From assembly GCF_965601775.1 (NCBI RefSeq), contig NZ_OZ271837.1:2374990-2438989 (forward strand): 64,000 bases of DNA, in the 5' to 3' direction. Each line of letters begins with the position of its first letter. Position 1 is the stretch's first letter. This DNA is from Flagellimonas sp. Lineage in GTDB: Bacteria > Bacteroidota > Bacteroidia > Flavobacteriales > Flavobacteriaceae. Under the pieces are notes generated by a model, which made no database searches, had not been told where the DNA came from, and saw only the letters and a list, made by a program, of their open reading frames with translations. Positions 63,262 through 64,000 of this stretch are shown piece by piece. The position numbers and the translations under genes are program-made.

Positions 63262-64000
63262 ATGGCGAAAGCAACCAAAAAACAGGCTTTGGGTAGAGGC
63301 CTGTCCGCTCTTTTAAAAGACCCTGAAAATGACATCCAGTCGGTTTCGGATAAAAATGCGGACAAGGTTATTGGCAATGTTGTAGAGCTAGACCTAGAAG
63401 CTATAGAGGTTAATCCATTTCAACCTCGTTCCAACTTTAATGATGAAGCACTCGAGGAACTGGCTAGTTCCATTAGGGAGTTGGGTATAATTCAACCTAT
63501 TACAGTTCGAAAGCTGGATTTCAACAAATATCAGTTGGTTTCCGGAGAAAGGCGTTTTCGTGCTTCCAAGACGGTGGGATTAAAAACTATTCCAGCTTAT
63601 ATCCGGATTGCCAATGACCAGGAATCCTTGGAAATGGCCTTGGTGGAAAATATTCAACGTCAGGATTTAGACCCCATTGAAATTGCGCTTTCCTATCAGC
63701 GTTTGATTGACGAAATTCAAGTCACCCAAGAAAAACTGAGTGATCGTGTGGGTAAAAAACGTTCCACGATAACCAACTACCTTAGACTTTTAAAACTGCA
63801 TCCCATTATCCAAACAGGAATGCGGGACGGTTTTATCAGTATGGGACACGGTAGGGCTTTGATAAATATCGAAAAGAAAAAGGACCAAATCGAACTGTAC
63901 GAACGTGTGGTTTCCTCTGGGCTTTCTGTTCGGGAAACGGAACAATTGGTCAAATCGTACCAAGAGTCCAAGAACGATGGTGCGCTAAATAAAAAGTCCA
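63262..64000 (+). CDS. parB: ParB/Spo0J partition protein, truncated by the window end (absent from the ORF track)
   Basis: ATG directly after the parA stop; MAKATKKQALGRGLSALL, NPFQPRSNF, IIQPITVR, SGERRFRAS, ALVENIQRQDL. Confidence 0.95.
   Translation, partial: MAKATKKQALGRGLSALLKDPENDIQSVSDKNADKVIGNVVELDLEAIEVNPFQPRSNFNDEALEELASSIRELGIIQPITVRKLDFNKYQLVSGERRFRASKTVGLKTIPAYIRIANDQESLEMALVENIQRQDLDPIEIALSYQRLIDEIQVTQEKLSDRVGKKRSTITNYLRLLKLHPIIQTGMRDGFISMGHGRALINIEKKKDQIELYERVVSSGLSVRETEQLVKSYQESKNDGALNKKS

Noticed and set aside
1-64000. CRISPR array, IS transposase, integrase, reverse transcriptase or DGR template
   Set aside because: No repeat-spacer array or matching protein motifs. The four-helix (Avd-like) gene has no RT or TR/VR pair nearby, so it is not called a DGR.

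Overview
This is a 64-kb Flavobacteriaceae chromosomal window, Muricauda/Flagellimonas-like by gene style and the Bacteroidetes TAnnTTTG promoters (genus is inference). Housekeeping blocks are DUF4870-padR-pspC-GIN, trxB, propionyl-CoA carboxylase, udk-ftsB-methylmalonyl-CoA mutase and parAB (parB runs off the end). Four accessory modules stand out. (1) A four-helix-bundle (TIGR02436/IVS/Avd-like) gene is bracketed by degenerate heptamer arrays in inverted orientation, and a third solo array of the same family directly follows nudK. (2) A leaderless His-rich/CxxC/RPPP small ORF resembling a CruR/CutF-type metal-sensing arrest peptide heads an ABC (DUF3526) + DUF5916 operon. (3) An integrase-less 6.3-kb islet sits at the 3' end of tRNA-Pro(GGG), marked by a 55/66-bp duplicate of the tRNA end plus terminator; it encodes ECF sigma/FecR/TonB receptor and two lipoproteins, and a TCAGGA-N14-GTTGTT motif occurs three times as a candidate cognate promoter. 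(4) A SusC/SusD locus looks dedicated to peptidoglycan scavenging (murQ, nagB-PIG-L fusion, DigH-like GHL10, GNAT, AmpG, NagZ, methyltransferase, anmK). A 2770-aa SprB-like type B T9SS cargo has no adjacent PorP/SprF. Two non-coding stretches are rich in hairpins (633-905 and 13871-14357). I found no CRISPR, rRNA, transposase, integrase or reverse transcriptase. All family assignments come from motif recognition by eye, not database searches.
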